NCBI GenBank assembly: GCA_963848295.1
Contig: CAWKDB010000010.1
Location: forward strand, 2,656,001 to 2,720,000
DNA: 64,000 bases
Reading direction: 5' to 3'
DNA from: an uncultured delta proteobacterium
GTDB taxonomy: Bacteria > Myxococcota_A > Polyangia > Haliangiales > Haliangiaceae
Shown in pieces: positions 1 to 10,533 of this stretch. The translations under genes were made by a program, and so were the position numbers. The notes below the pieces were generated by a model that did not search any database, had not been told where the DNA came from, and saw nothing but the letters and a program-made list of their open reading frames with translations. Numbering within the stretch: the stretch's first letter is position 1; each line of letters begins with the position of its first letter.

Positions 1-756
1 CGGCGGGCTGACGCTGGTGTCGGTGCAATACGCTTCGTTGAACGTATCGAGCGTGAGATCGCCGGTGAACCCGAGGTACCTCGAGTCGGCCGACCACGTC
101 GGCACCGAGCCGACGTCCTGGCTCGCCGGTGCGGGCGAGTCCATCGGCCGCACCGGGCTGACCTGGATCGGCGCCGGCGTACCCGTCGTGTTGACGATCC
201 ACATGTCGTAGCCACCGTTGACGGCGACCGAGTCCGACGTGTACGCGATCATCGTGCCGTCGGGAGAGAACAAGATCGAAGCGATCTCGACTCCGGTCTG
301 GCCCGGGACGAGCATCGTCGGGTTCGAGCCATCGGCGTTCGCGACGTAGAGGTCGAACGTGCCCGCGGTCGTGAGATCGCCGACGAACGCGATCTTGCTG
401 CCGTCGGCCGTCGCGTCGAATACGAAGTCCGAATAGCCGGTCGAGTCGGCGATCGTCGTCGTCGCGCTCGGCAGGATCACCGGCGGCGCGGTGTTCGCCC
501 CGCCGAGCGGCAACGCGGTCGTATCGTCGAATCCGCCGCCGATCGTGACGTTGTTCGTGATCATGTCGCCGACGACCCAGATCCGCGCGGTCGCGGGAAC
601 CGCGGCATCGAGCTGAGCGCTGTCGATGGCCTCCGGGGAATCCGCCGGCACGGTGCCGTCCGCAACATGCGCGTCGATCGCATGTGCGAGGTTATCCCCA
701 CACGCCGCGAGCCCGAGCGCCAACAACGAAATCGAGATCGAGAGATTCGTCTTCAT
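1..756 (-). CDS. Lipoprotein with TolB/PD40-like beta-propeller repeats (partial, runs off left edge)
   Basis: Translated by hand because it is absent from the ORF track: MKTNLSISISLLALGLAAC lipobox, then DGSKIAF, DLYVANADGS, FSPDGTMIAY and WSADSRYLGF repeats. Open to base 1. Confidence 0.75.
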   Translation of the reverse strand, partial: MKTNLSISISLLALGLAACGDNLAHAIDAHVADGTVPADSPEAIDSAQLDAAVPATARIWVVGDMITNNVTIGGGFDDTTALPLGGANTAPPVILPSATTTIADSTGYSDFVFDATADGSKIAFVGDLTTAGTFDLYVANADGSNPTMLVPGQTGVEIASILFSPDGTMIAYTSDSVAVNGGYDMWIVNTTGTPAPIQVSPVRPMDSPAPASQDVGSVPTWSADSRYLGFTGDLTLDTFNEAYCTDTSVSPP

Positions 757-799
757 GGCGCCCGGGCTATACCGCAAGTCGCGGTACGATGCTCGCAAG

Positions 800-2002
800 T
801 TGGCGAGCAGCATCGATGGTGATGTCACGGTGCAACGGCTCGGGTTTTCGAGCGATGACTCCGGCAAGCGGCTCTCGTTTCCTCACGCCGAGCTGAGCAC
901 GCTCGAAGGTCGATCCGGAGCGACCGGATACGGCGCCAAGGAGTGCGTGTTCGAAGCGCTCGAGGGCCGACTCGACACGCTGCATTGGAAGGCCGATGCC
1001 GCGTCGCTCGGCACCGCCTGGTTGCGCGATGACGCCGGTAAGATCGACCTCGCCGTCGATCGCATCGAGCTGCCGCGCGGCACCGTGTTGGTCCGTGCGA
1101 ATCGCGGCGTCGAGATCCTGTCGCCGCACGTGTCGTTCTCGGAGCTCCGACTCACCGTCAGGGGGCCGTTCGGACGGAGGCGCGCCGGCTCGCCTGCGGA
1201 AGCGACGCCCGGGTTGCGGCAAGAGCAGTTGCGGTTTCTCGATAGCTTGTCCGGCCGGATCTATCTCACGCTCAAGGTCGTGCTCGATCTGCCGGTGCTC
1301 GGGCTGCGCACGCTCGATCAGCAGCTTCGCGTGCCGATCCAAGACGGCTCGCTCGACTTCCGCGCGCTCGAAGACAGCCTCGATTGGCTCGAAGGGCGGT
1401 TCCTCGACATCGACTTCCAGGGTGAGCGGCTCGCGGTGCGCTGGAAGGTGCCGATCTTCGGCGCATCGCACGATCTGATCACATGGCAGCTCGACAACGA
1501 CGCGACCGCGCTCGCCGCATTCGGCAAAGTGCCAGTGCGCTCGCTCGCCGACTACGAGGTCGTCGCGGGCGACGACAAACCGAGCGACAAGCCGAAGTCC
1601 GAGCGGACGCTGAAGCCGGACGACGGCCGGAGACGCAAGACGCTTCAAGCGTTCGCGATCAACGCGATCGACATCGCATGGTCACTGCTCGCGCCGCGCC
1701 ATCTCGAGATCGGCAACGGCCTGATCTTGTTCGGCGGCGACGACTCGCCTGGCATGGTCGACTTCAAGGTCACGGGCGCGATCAACGACAAGGGACCCGG
1801 CGCCCTCAAGGGCAAGATCGGCAGCGTCGACACGACGATCAAGGACCTCGAGCTTGGCCCTACGTCGCTATCGGCGGATCGCTTGCACTTCGACGATATC
1901 GATCAGCTCGAGGTCACGTTCGACAGCTTCACGCCCGTCGCGGTCACGGTCGTGATCCATCGGGTCACCGCCACGAACTTCAAGCTGACGATCGGCGGCT
2001 AA
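800..2002 (+). CDS. Hypothetical protein (beta-rich)
   Basis: 3' part of ORF 626..2002 with protein-like composition. The 5' part overlaps the divergent gene, so the start is placed at TTG 800 (uncertain). Confidence 0.6.
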   Translation: MASSIDGDVTVQRLGFSSDDSGKRLSFPHAELSTLEGRSGATGYGAKECVFEALEGRLDTLHWKADAASLGTAWLRDDAGKIDLAVDRIELPRGTVLVRANRGVEILSPHVSFSELRLTVRGPFGRRRAGSPAEATPGLRQEQLRFLDSLSGRIYLTLKVVLDLPVLGLRTLDQQLRVPIQDGSLDFRALEDSLDWLEGRFLDIDFQGERLAVRWKVPIFGASHDLITWQLDNDATALAAFGKVPVRSLADYEVVAGDDKPSDKPKSERTLKPDDGRRRKTLQAFAINAIDIAWSLLAPRHLEIGNGLILFGGDDSPGMVDFKVTGAINDKGPGALKGKIGSVDTTIKDLELGPTSLSADRLHFDDIDQLEVTFDSFTPVAVTVVIHRVTATNFKLTIGG

Positions 2003-3108
2003 GGGAACGTCAGCGTGACCTTGCCAGACTCGCCGACCTGCCCTGCTCCGCACGCACCGGTCGTTCCCGCGAGGCCACCCGCGCCGCCGCTCGGAGTCGG
2101 CGCGGCGTCGCAGCCACCGAGGCACGAGCAGCCACCGCCGCCACCACCGCCCGACGAGTTCTGGCCGGCGATCGCTGCCATGCCGGCGTCGCCGGTGGTG
2201 CCATCGCACGCCGCACCGCCCGCGCCGGCAACGTCGACGTCCTCGTCAGACACCCCCGCGCCGCCGCCACCGCCGGCGACGACCCAGTCCATCGCGGCCA
2301 GGCGGAACGTCGTCGCGCCACCGCCGCCATCGCCGGTCGAGTCATCACCGCCACCGCCACCGCCACCGCCACCGTAGCCCCCGCTGCCCCCGGCCGCGCC
2401 GTGCAGCGAGCCGCCGCCGCCAGCTCCGCCGCCTCCGGTGCCCGCCCCATCGCCGCCGACGTGACCGACGTCGCCACCACCGCCCCCGGTGTAGCCACCC
2501 GTCGTTTGAACCTTGGAGCCGCACGCTCCGCCGCGGCCGATCGTGATCGTGAACGTCGTCCCATCCGCGATCCCGGTGAACGTCTTCATCGCCTGCCCGC
2601 CCGCGCCACCCGCGGCACCCGTGGTGCCATCGTTCTTCGCACTGCCGCCGCCGCCGCCGCCTTGCGCGTCGACGAGGAACGACGTGCAGCCGGTGGGAAC
2701 GACGAAGCTGCCATCGTCGGTGTATGTCACCGCGGCCGGCGGACACGCGCCGGCGCCAAAGCACGTGACTACGATGTCGTCGACGGGCGCTTCGGCGACA
2801 CCCGATCCATTGGCCACCGTGCAGTTCTCACCGGACGGTGGTTGCGAGACCGTGACGTCGTACGGCTGGCCGAACATGACTGGAGTCGAGAACGTGAACG
2901 CGCCGTTCGCGCTGACGATTCGCGAGTCACCGGCGTTGTCCTGCAGCTCGACCGCGCCGCCGGTCAAGCCGGCGACCGTGCCGCCGATATTCGCGAACCC
3001 CGGCGGCGCATCCGCAACCGTGCCCGCATCGCCGCGATCGGCGAAGTCGAGTCGACAAGCGGATAGCGCGATGACGATGACGATGACGACGACGAACGGG
3101 ACCCGCAC
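1999..3108 (-). CDS. Glycine-rich lipoprotein with an Ig-like N-terminal domain
   Basis: Lipobox IALSAC; IGGTVAGLTG...YDVTVSQPP..CTVANGSG module; GGGGG-rich C-terminal half. Confidence 0.75.
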   Translation of the reverse strand: MRVPFVVVIVIVIALSACRLDFADRGDAGTVADAPPGFANIGGTVAGLTGGAVELQDNAGDSRIVSANGAFTFSTPVMFGQPYDVTVSQPPSGENCTVANGSGVAEAPVDDIVVTCFGAGACPPAAVTYTDDGSFVVPTGCTSFLVDAQGGGGGGSAKNDGTTGAAGGAGGQAMKTFTGIADGTTFTITIGRGGACGSKVQTTGGYTGGGGGDVGHVGGDGAGTGGGGAGGGGSLHGAAGGSGGYGGGGGGGGGDDSTGDGGGGATTFRLAAMDWVVAGGGGGAGVSDEDVDVAGAGGAACDGTTGDAGMAAIAGQNSSGGGGGGGCSCLGGCDAAPTPSGGAGGLAGTTGACGAGQVGESGKVTLTFP

Positions 3109-3125
3109 TCGACCACGATATCACT

Positions 3126-4517
3126 TCAGGCGCGTGGTCCGATCATGTCGGCGGGGACGACCCAGCGATCAAAGTCCTCCGCGCTCACCGCGCCGAGGCT
3201 GATCGCCGCTTCGCGCAGCGTCGAGCCATCGTGGAGCGCGCGCTTCGCGATCGCGGCGGCTTTGTCGTATCCCACATGTGGCGACAGCGCCGTCACGAGC
3301 ATCAAGCTGCGCTCGAGCTTGCGTGCGATCTCCGCACGGTCGGGCTCGATGCCGCGAGCGCAGTGCTCGTCGAACGACGCGCATGCATCGCCGAGCAACC
3401 GGATCGACTGCAACGCGACGTGCGCGATCAGCGGCTTGTAGACGTTGAGCTCGAAGTTGCCCGACGCGCCGGCGATGCCGATCGCGACGTCGTTGCCGAG
3501 CACCTGCGCGCACACCATCGTCAGCGCCTCGCACTGCGTCGGGTTGACCTTGCCCGGCATGATCGAGCTACCGGGCTCGTTGTCCGGAATCGTCAGCTCG
3601 CCGATGCCGCAGCGCGGCCCGCTCGCGAGCCAGCGTACGTCGTTCGCGATCTTCGTCAGGCTGCACGCGAGCGTCTTGAGCGCGCCGTGCAAGCCGACGA
3701 TCGCGTCGTGCGAGGCGAGCGCCGCGAACTTGTTAGGCGCGGTGACGACGGGCTTGCCGGTCAGCCGCGCGAGCTCGGCCGCGACGCGCACCGCGAACTC
3801 GGGATGCGTGTTGAGCCCGGTGCCGACCGCGGTCCCGCCGAGCGCGAGCTCGCGCACCGGCGGCAGCGAACCGGCAATCGCAGCGAGCCCGTAGTCGAGC
3901 TGAGCGACCCAACCGCTGAGCTCTTGGCCGAGCGTCAACGGGGTCGCGTCCTGCAAGTGAGTGCGCCCGATCTTGACGATGTCGGCGAACGCGGACGCCT
4001 TGCCGGCGAGCGTCGCGCGAAGTCCGGTCACTGCGGGTACGAGCTTGCGCTCGATCCGATCGAGCGCGGCGAGATGGATCGCGGTCGGGAACGCGTCGTT
4101 CGTCGATTGCGACAGGTTGACGTGATCGTTCGGATGGATCGGCGCCTTGCCCCCGCGCGGTCGGCCGGCGAGCTCGTTCGCGCGACCGGCGATCACCTCG
4201 TTGACGTTCATGTTCGTCTGCGTGCCGCTGCCGGTCTGCCACACCGCGAGCGGAAACTCGCCGGCGAGCTCACCGGCGATCACCTCGTCGGCCGCCGCGC
4301 CGATCTTCGCCGCGCGATCCGCATCGAGCGTCCCGAGGTCGCGATTGACGTGCGCGCACGCCTTCTTGATCACCGCGAGCGCCGCGATCAGCTCGGGCGG
4401 CATGCGCTCGGTGCCGATCGCGAAGTTGCGGCGAGAGCGCTCGGTCTGCGCGCCCCAGTAGCGCTCCGCGTCGACGTCGATCGGGCCGAAGCTATCAGTC
4501 TCGGTGCGCGTGGCCAT
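3126..4517 (-). CDS. fumC: Class II fumarate hydratase
   Basis: [31 protein letters not shown] and [11 protein letters not shown] signatures. Confidence 0.97.
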   Translation of the reverse strand: MATRTETDSFGPIDVDAERYWGAQTERSRRNFAIGTERMPPELIAALAVIKKACAHVNRDLGTLDADRAAKIGAAADEVIAGELAGEFPLAVWQTGSGTQTNMNVNEVIAGRANELAGRPRGGKAPIHPNDHVNLSQSTNDAFPTAIHLAALDRIERKLVPAVTGLRATLAGKASAFADIVKIGRTHLQDATPLTLGQELSGWVAQLDYGLAAIAGSLPPVRELALGGTAVGTGLNTHPEFAVRVAAELARLTGKPVVTAPNKFAALASHDAIVGLHGALKTLACSLTKIANDVRWLASGPRCGIGELTIPDNEPGSSIMPGKVNPTQCEALTMVCAQVLGNDVAIGIAGASGNFELNVYKPLIAHVALQSIRLLGDACASFDEHCARGIEPDRAEIARKLERSLMLVTALSPHVGYDKAAAIAKRALHDGSTLREAAISLGAVSAEDFDRWVVPADMIGPRA

Positions 4518-4546
4518 GCACCGGGCTTACCACGTTGCGCGCGACC

Positions 4547-7510
4547 TCAGAGATCGTCGTGGGCCGACGGCGCCTTGCCGCCGCGCGAGCGCAGCTCGGT
4601 CGCGCGCGCGCCGGCGTCCGCGAACGTCGCGTCGCGCTTCACGACCGTCTCGAAGTAATACAGCGCCTCGGAGTCGTCGCCGATCGCTTCGTACGTGATG
4701 CCGATCTCGTAGTACAGGCTCAGCCGCTCGCGATCGCTCGGCTCGGCGTGCAGGCCCTGCTTGAGCTGGTGGATCGCCTCGGACGGATTGCCCTGCTCGC
4801 GCTGGCACATGCCGATCATCACGCGGCATTGCACCTCGCGACCCGGCGCGCGCAGCACCTTCTCGAACGCCTTGATCGCCTCGTCGTAGAGGCCCATCTC
4901 TTTGTAGGCGAGGCCCAGGTCGTAGTGCGTGTCGGCGTCGCCTTCTTCGACCGGCTTCTCGAGCATCACGGTCGGTCGGCGCTTGTGCACGGGGCCACCA
5001 CCCGGTCCCGAGTCGGCGTCGGCCGCAACTTCCTCGAGGTCCTCGGCGTCGACCTCTTCGATATCGTCGAGCTCGAGTGCGTCGGTCCCTTCCGGCATGT
5101 GCACGGCTTCGTGGTCGATCGCCGCGGCGATCGGTGCGCTCGGGTTACCGGCGGCCGGCGTCGCGGCACCGTGGACCAGGGGCTCGAGCTCGGCGAGCTT
5201 CGATGCGACGAGCGGATGCGTCGGCACCGTCGCCTGGAGCGCGCGCAACACGTCGTAGGCCTCGGAGTACATGCCTTGGCTCGTGTAGAAGTCGGCGGTA
5301 TCGAGCTCGTCCTCGACGCTGGTCTCCGAGCGCGCGGCGGGCTCGCCAGAGATCGGCGCGTTCATCGCGGTCTGTTCGAACGGCGCCGGTGACTCGATCA
5401 CCTCGGGCTCGTTGTACGGATCGAAGCTGCCCGAGACCTCGAGCGCCTCGGCGTCGGTGTAGATCGGCGTCGCGTCGATCCCGGGCACTTCCGAGCCCCC
5501 TTGATCGTACACATGGGCGTCGAACTCGCGCGCGGCGTCGCGATCGAACGGCAGATCTTCATCGGCGGCCGACGCTTCGATGTCGACCGCGATCGCCTCT
5601 TCGTCGGGCTCCTGCCAGTTACCGGGTGGCGCGTCGGCGATCTCGTCGTCGAGATCATCGGCGGCGAGCTCGGTGTCGTTGCCGAGCTGCGCGAGCGCCT
5701 CGGCGTGCGCGGCCGAGATCTGCTTCGTCGATTGCGACGAGGGCGAGAACTCGAGCTCGAAGTCGCCGGTCTCGTTGATACCGCCCGGACGCACCGGCGG
5801 ACGCGACGGCGCTGGGCTGCCCGACGCGACCTGACCGAGCAGCTCGGCCGGATCGAAGTCGTCGATCGAGTCCCGGCGATTGCTGCGCCCAGCGTGTTGC
5901 GGCGACGGGGCCCGCGCGACCGCGATCGCACGCGGCGGCGACGACAGGTCCAGGTCGTCGAGATCGAGGTCCCCATCGATCGCCGCGACGCCACCGCCGG
6001 CGTACTCGACCTCGGCCGACACCGACGACATCCGCGCGACGCGCAGCCGGAATCGCCGCGCGAGCTCGAACGCGCCGGTGTGCGTGCCGTTCATCGCGAG
6101 CAGCTCTTGCAGATAGGCCTCGGCGCGATCCGGATCGGCTGGTGCGATCAGCTCGGCGAGCTTCAACAACTCGACCTCGGCCTCTTGTTCGCGGCCTTGC
6201 GAGATCAGGATGTCCTTCAGACGCTCGTGCGCTTCGACGTTCTCGGTGTCGAGCGTGAACACGCGGCGCAGGTGATCGACCGCCTTCTGATGCAGGCCGT
6301 ATTTCACGTAGACGTCGGTCTCCGCGAGGATCTTCGAGATCTCGTCAGAGTGACGTTCGCCTGCCGCCGAGGCGCGCCGCGGATCCGGCGGCGGCTCCAT
6401 GTCGGCGGAGAAATCGGCATCGTCGTACTCGGGCAGCGCGAAGTCGACGCCCGACAAGCTCTGCTCGTCGACGAGCGGCATCGAGCCGGTCATCCGCGAC
6501 GACGGTGGGATCGCCGGCAGATCGCCCGTGATGTTGAACTTGGCATCGCTCGTGGCGGCGCGAACCGCGGGTGGGAGCGGCGTCGCCGGGCGCGGCAGCG
6601 CTGCGCGCGGGGCAGCCTGCGGCCCCAGGAACGCGATCGCGTCCGGATCGTTCGGGACGAACTCGATGATCTTGCGGAACACGGAGCCGGCCCTCTCGCG
6701 CGCCTTGTTCTCGACATGAATCCGCGCGAGCTCCTTCAACACCGAGACGGTCTTGGCCTTTTGGTCGAGCGCCTGGAACGCCTGGGCGAGTAAGCCGAGC
6801 GTGTCGACGTCGCGAGGGTCGGCCTTGAAGCACGCTTGCAGCTTCTGCAGCGCGCGGCGCGGATCGCTGCGGCGCAGATACAACCCGGCGAGCTCGCGGT
6901 TGAGCGAATGGTTCTCCGGCTTGTGCCACAGCAAGCGCTCCGCGACCTTGAGGAAGTCGTCTTGCCGGTTCTGGCGACGGAGCTGCTCGCACGCGATGCT
7001 GAACTCGCTCGACGCTTCCTCGACGAGGCCTTCCTTCGAATACAGCTCGGCGAGCTTGATCCGCGTCGCGATGTTCTCCGGATCGAGATCGACGAGGCGC
7101 TTGACCGTCTCGAGCGCTTCCTTGGTCTTGCCCTCGCGATGAAAATGCGCGGCGACCGACTCGTAGTGCTGCATCGCATCGGACATCAGGCCTAGCTGGC
7201 GATAGAGCTCGGCGAGCTTCAGGATCACGTCGACGAGACGTGGATCGAGCTTGAGGATCTGCTTGTAGACCGCGACCGCTTTATGGAGAAAGCCCTGGTC
7301 GTGATAGAAGCGCGCGACCTTGAGGTACGTATCGGTCGCGTCTTGCTTCGATCCCTTTTTCGCGTAGAGATCGCCGATCTTTAACCAGACCCGAACGTCC
7401 TTCGGATCTTCGTGGACGATGCGCAGATACTCCTTGACCGCTTTGTCGATCTGTCCCCGATCGACAAACTTGCGAGCCGCATCCATGACCTTTTCTTTGT
7501 TGAAGGCCAC
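4547..7510 (-). CDS. sgmX: Large TPR protein, SgmX-like T4aP activator / MglA effector
   Basis: N-terminal TPR array, acidic low-complexity middle, C-terminal TPRs (THYDLGLAYKEMGLYDEAI). Lies downstream of accC in a pil/mglC cluster, as recalled for Myxococcus xanthus. AGGAGG upstream of the GTG. Confidence 0.7.
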   Translation of the reverse strand: MAFNKEKVMDAARKFVDRGQIDKAVKEYLRIVHEDPKDVRVWLKIGDLYAKKGSKQDATDTYLKVARFYHDQGFLHKAVAVYKQILKLDPRLVDVILKLAELYRQLGLMSDAMQHYESVAAHFHREGKTKEALETVKRLVDLDPENIATRIKLAELYSKEGLVEEASSEFSIACEQLRRQNRQDDFLKVAERLLWHKPENHSLNRELAGLYLRRSDPRRALQKLQACFKADPRDVDTLGLLAQAFQALDQKAKTVSVLKELARIHVENKARERAGSVFRKIIEFVPNDPDAIAFLGPQAAPRAALPRPATPLPPAVRAATSDAKFNITGDLPAIPPSSRMTGSMPLVDEQSLSGVDFALPEYDDADFSADMEPPPDPRRASAAGERHSDEISKILAETDVYVKYGLHQKAVDHLRRVFTLDTENVEAHERLKDILISQGREQEAEVELLKLAELIAPADPDRAEAYLQELLAMNGTHTGAFELARRFRLRVARMSSVSAEVEYAGGGVAAIDGDLDLDDLDLSSPPRAIAVARAPSPQHAGRSNRRDSIDDFDPAELLGQVASGSPAPSRPPVRPGGINETGDFELEFSPSSQSTKQISAAHAEALAQLGNDTELAADDLDDEIADAPPGNWQEPDEEAIAVDIEASAADEDLPFDRDAAREFDAHVYDQGGSEVPGIDATPIYTDAEALEVSGSFDPYNEPEVIESPAPFEQTAMNAPISGEPAARSETSVEDELDTADFYTSQGMYSEAYDVLRALQATVPTHPLVASKLAELEPLVHGAATPAAGNPSAPIAAAIDHEAVHMPEGTDALELDDIEEVDAEDLEEVAADADSGPGGGPVHKRRPTVMLEKPVEEGDADTHYDLGLAYKEMGLYDEAIKAFEKVLRAPGREVQCRVMIGMCQREQGNPSEAIHQLKQGLHAEPSDRERLSLYYEIGITYEAIGDDSEALYYFETVVKRDATFADAGARATELRSRGGKAPSAHDDL

Positions 7511-7692
7511 GGTCGCCTTACAGCCTCCTGGTGCGATGCATCACAGCCATCCGGTGGCAGTATGCCCGGTGGATCTCCAAAAGAGTAAGGCCGGGCATAC
7601 AGCAGGGTCAAGGAAAAGCTTGAACGAATCCCAAGCGTTGCGCAGTGCTCTGCGCACATGGGATCACTGCTCACCGGTCCCGGTGGCGATCG

Positions 7693-9048
7693 TCATGCAG
7701 CTGACGATCGCTCGGCCAACATACGGGCGACGAACCCGGTGTCGAAGTCGCCCCGGATGAACTCGGGGTGGCTGATGATCCGTCGCAAGAACGGGATGTT
7801 GGTGCGCGGTCCCTCGATGACCATCTCGTCGAGGCAGCGCTTCGCCCGCCGGATCGCGGCGGGCCGGTCGACGTCGTGGACGATGACCTTCGCGAGCAGC
7901 GAGTCGTAGTTTGGGGGGACGACGTAGCCGACGTAGATGTGGGTGTCTAGGCGCACGCCGAGGCCGCCGGGCATGTGCAACGCGGTGATCTTGCCGGGCC
8001 ACGGGGCGAACGTGACCGGGTCCTCCGCGTTGATCCGCAGCTCGATCGCGTGCCCGCGCGGCTTGCGCTCGGCGGCGCTGTGGAACGACAGCGGCTCGCC
8101 GGCGGCGATCCGGATCTGCTCGCGCACGAGATCGAGCCCGGTGACGAGCTCGGTCACCGGATGCTCGACCTGCAACCGGGTGTTCATCTCCATGAAGTAG
8201 AAGCTGCCGTCGGTGTCGAGCAGGTACTCCATCGTGCCGACGTTCGTGTAACCGATCGTCTCGATCGCCTTGACCGACGCCGCCTGCATCTTCTGGCGAA
8301 CGTCGTCCGGCAACGCCGCCGACGGCGCCTCTTCGATCACCTTTTGGTGCCTGCGTTGGATCGAGCACTCGCGCTCGCCGAGGTGGGTGTAGTGACCGTG
8401 CTTGTCGCCGATCACCTGGATCTCGATGTGGCGCGGCTTCTGGCAGTACCGCTCCATGAACATCTCGGGGTTGCCGAACGCGGCTTGCGCTTCGGTGCGG
8501 CCCATCGACCACGCGTCGAGCAGCTTCTCTTTCTCGTAGACGATCTTCATGCCGCGCCCGCCGCCGCCGGCCGACGCCTTCAAGATCACCGGAAAGCCGA
8601 TGCGCTCGGCGGTCTCGAGCAACGTGATCTCGTCGTGGATGCCGGCCGAGCCCGGCAACATCGGCACACCGGCTTTCGCCATCGCCGCGCGCGCGCTGAT
8701 CTTGTCGCCCATCAGCCGCATGGCGTCGGGCGATGGTCCGATCCACGTCAGCTTGCACTTGCGGCAGACCTCGGCGAAGTCGGCGTTCTCGGACAGGAAC
8801 CCGTAGCCGGGATGGATCGCGTCGGCGCCGGTCACTTCGGCGGCCGAGATGATCATCGGTACGTTGAGGTAGCTCTGGCGCGACGCCGGCGGACCGATGC
8901 ACACCGCTTCATCCGCGAACTTGACGTGCAGGGCGTCGGAGTCCGCGGTCGAGTGCACCGCGACCGATTGCAAGCCGAGCTCTTTGCACGCGCGGATCAC
9001 GCGCAGCGCGATCTCACCGCGGTTCGCGACCAAGACCTTCTTGAACAC
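7693..9048 (-). CDS. accC: Acetyl-CoA carboxylase, biotin carboxylase subunit
   Basis: [35 protein letters not shown] and [14 protein letters not shown] motifs. Confidence 0.97.
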   Translation of the reverse strand: MFKKVLVANRGEIALRVIRACKELGLQSVAVHSTADSDALHVKFADEAVCIGPPASRQSYLNVPMIISAAEVTGADAIHPGYGFLSENADFAEVCRKCKLTWIGPSPDAMRLMGDKISARAAMAKAGVPMLPGSAGIHDEITLLETAERIGFPVILKASAGGGGRGMKIVYEKEKLLDAWSMGRTEAQAAFGNPEMFMERYCQKPRHIEIQVIGDKHGHYTHLGERECSIQRRHQKVIEEAPSAALPDDVRQKMQAASVKAIETIGYTNVGTMEYLLDTDGSFYFMEMNTRLQVEHPVTELVTGLDLVREQIRIAAGEPLSFHSAAERKPRGHAIELRINAEDPVTFAPWPGKITALHMPGGLGVRLDTHIYVGYVVPPNYDSLLAKVIVHDVDRPAAIRRAKRCLDEMVIEGPRTNIPFLRRIISHPEFIRGDFDTGFVARMLAERSSAA

Positions 9049-9050
9049 GG

Positions 9051-9566
9051 CTACGCGATCCGGAACAGCGGCTGGCCGTACTCGACCGACGCGCCGTCCT
9101 CGACGAGGATCCCGGTGATCGTGCCCGAAGCGTCAGCCTCGATCTCGTTCATCAGCTTCATCGCTTCGACGATGCACAGCACCTGCCCCTTGTCGATCTT
9201 GTCACCCATCGAGACGTAGTTCGGCGAGTCGGGGTTCGGCTTGCGATAGAACGTACCGACGAACGGCGACGTCACGACGTGGCCTTTGTCCTCGGCCGGT
9301 GCGGCCGCGACGGGCGCAGGCGCGTGTCCGAACCCGGCCGGTGGAGCGTATGCGGGCAGGGCCGCGGGTGCGTGAGCCGCGACCGGCGCGGAACCCGCGA
9401 CGACGCCGCGTCGGATCGTGAGCTTCGCGTCCTTGGCGTCGACGATGAGCTCGGACAGACCGTGCTCGCTCGCGATCTCCGCTAGGGCGCGCGCCATCGC
9501 GACGAGCTCGTGCTCGTCACGGTCTGCGCCGTTTGGATCGTTTTTGGCTTTGGGCTGCTTGGCCAT
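9051..9566 (-). CDS. accB: Biotin carboxyl carrier protein
   Basis: SPFVGTFYR, biotinylation motif EAMKLMNEI, Pro/Ala linker. Confidence 0.96.
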   Translation of the reverse strand: MAKQPKAKNDPNGADRDEHELVAMARALAEIASEHGLSELIVDAKDAKLTIRRGVVAGSAPVAAHAPAALPAYAPPAGFGHAPAPVAAAPAEDKGHVVTSPFVGTFYRKPNPDSPNYVSMGDKIDKGQVLCIVEAMKLMNEIEADASGTITGILVEDGASVEYGQPLFRIA

Positions 9567-10023
9567 GAGAGCGCTTGGTAGCTTCTACGTGCGCGAGGGC
9601 CGCGTCCAGACCCAGGTAGTAGCTTTGTGCACGGAATCCGCTGATGAGGCCGATCGCGCTCGCCGCGGTGATCGAGCGCTGACGGAACTCCTCGCGTGCG
9701 TGGATGTTCGATAAGTGGACCTCGACGGTCGGAATCTGCACCGCTTCGATCGCATCGCGGATGCCGATCGACGTGTGGCTGTAGCTGCCGGGGTTGATCA
9801 CGATCGCGTCGGCCCAACCGACCGCGCGCTGGATCAGATCGATGAGCTCGCCTTCGACGTTGGTCTGCGCGCACCGGACCTCGGCGCCTCGCGCGGTCGC
9901 GCGCTTGGCGAGCTCGGCGTCGATCTCGGCCAGGGTCGTCTTGCCGTAGAGCTTCGGCTCGCGCGTACCGAGCAGGTTGAGGTTCGCGCCGTGCAGGACC
10001 TGGACGCGCCAAGGCCGGGACAT
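9517..10023 (-). CDS. aroQ: Type II 3-dehydroquinate dehydratase
   Basis: LHGANLNLLGTREP, INPGSYSHTS and VEVHLSNIHAREEFR motifs. Start trimmed to ATG 10023. Confidence 0.95.
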   Translation of the reverse strand: MSRPWRVQVLHGANLNLLGTREPKLYGKTTLAEIDAELAKRATARGAEVRCAQTNVEGELIDLIQRAVGWADAIVINPGSYSHTSIGIRDAIEAVQIPTVEVHLSNIHAREEFRQRSITAASAIGLISGFRAQSYYLGLDAALAHVEATKRSHGQAAQSQKRSKRRRP

Positions 10024-10028
10024 CGCCG

Positions 10029-10385
10029 TTACAGCGCGGCGGCGAGCGTCGGTTGCGCCATCCGCGCGAGGTAGCGCGCCTTGCCGAAGTTGCCCTCGGG
10101 CGCGAGCGCGATCGCGACGAAGTACTGCGGCGACAACATCCGGCACACGAGCACGAGGCGTTGCGCTTTGACCGCGAGCTCTTCGAGCCCGCCGACCTGC
10201 AGGCTATCGCCGGCTTTGCGGACTTGACCGAGGATGAACGAGAACTCCATCCCGACGGTGTTGACGTCGACGCGGTCGTTCTGCCGCACGTACGTCTCGA
10301 CCGGAATGCCGTCGAGCCCCATCACCACCGCGGCGAGGCCGCCATCGATATTGTCGACGACTTTCTTGAGTGTTTCGGCGAACAA
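10029..10385 (-). CDS. mglC: Roadblock/LC7 polarity protein MglC
   Basis: 118 aa. VMGLDGI and C-terminal GNFGKARY resemble M. xanthus MglC as recalled; located in the pil cluster. Confidence 0.82.
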   Translation of the reverse strand: MFAETLKKVVDNIDGGLAAVVMGLDGIPVETYVRQNDRVDVNTVGMEFSFILGQVRKAGDSLQVGGLEELAVKAQRLVLVCRMLSPQYFVAIALAPEGNFGKARYLARMAQPTLAAAL

Positions 10386-10464
10386 AAGTCCCTCACTCCA
10401 AGGCTACTGCACCTCGGGAGACGCACGCCAGGCATGGCGACGCCAATTGAGCCGGATCGATCAA

Positions 10465-10494
10465 CAACGCGTCCGGCGAAGCAAGGACGCGTTG
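10465..10494 (-). terminator. Hairpin, possible terminator or stabiliser downstream of the lipoprotein gene
   Basis: Perfect 10-bp inverted repeat CAACGCGTCC/GGACGCGTTG; only a weak U-tract on the minus strand. Confidence 0.4.
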
Positions 10495-10533
10495 GTCCTT
10501 ACGGCGAAAGAGTCCCTTGAGGGCAATTCGCCG

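Noticed and set aside
2090..2670. Dense CCG/CCA triplet runs
   Set aside because: Explained by poly-Gly codons of the glycine-rich lipoprotein.
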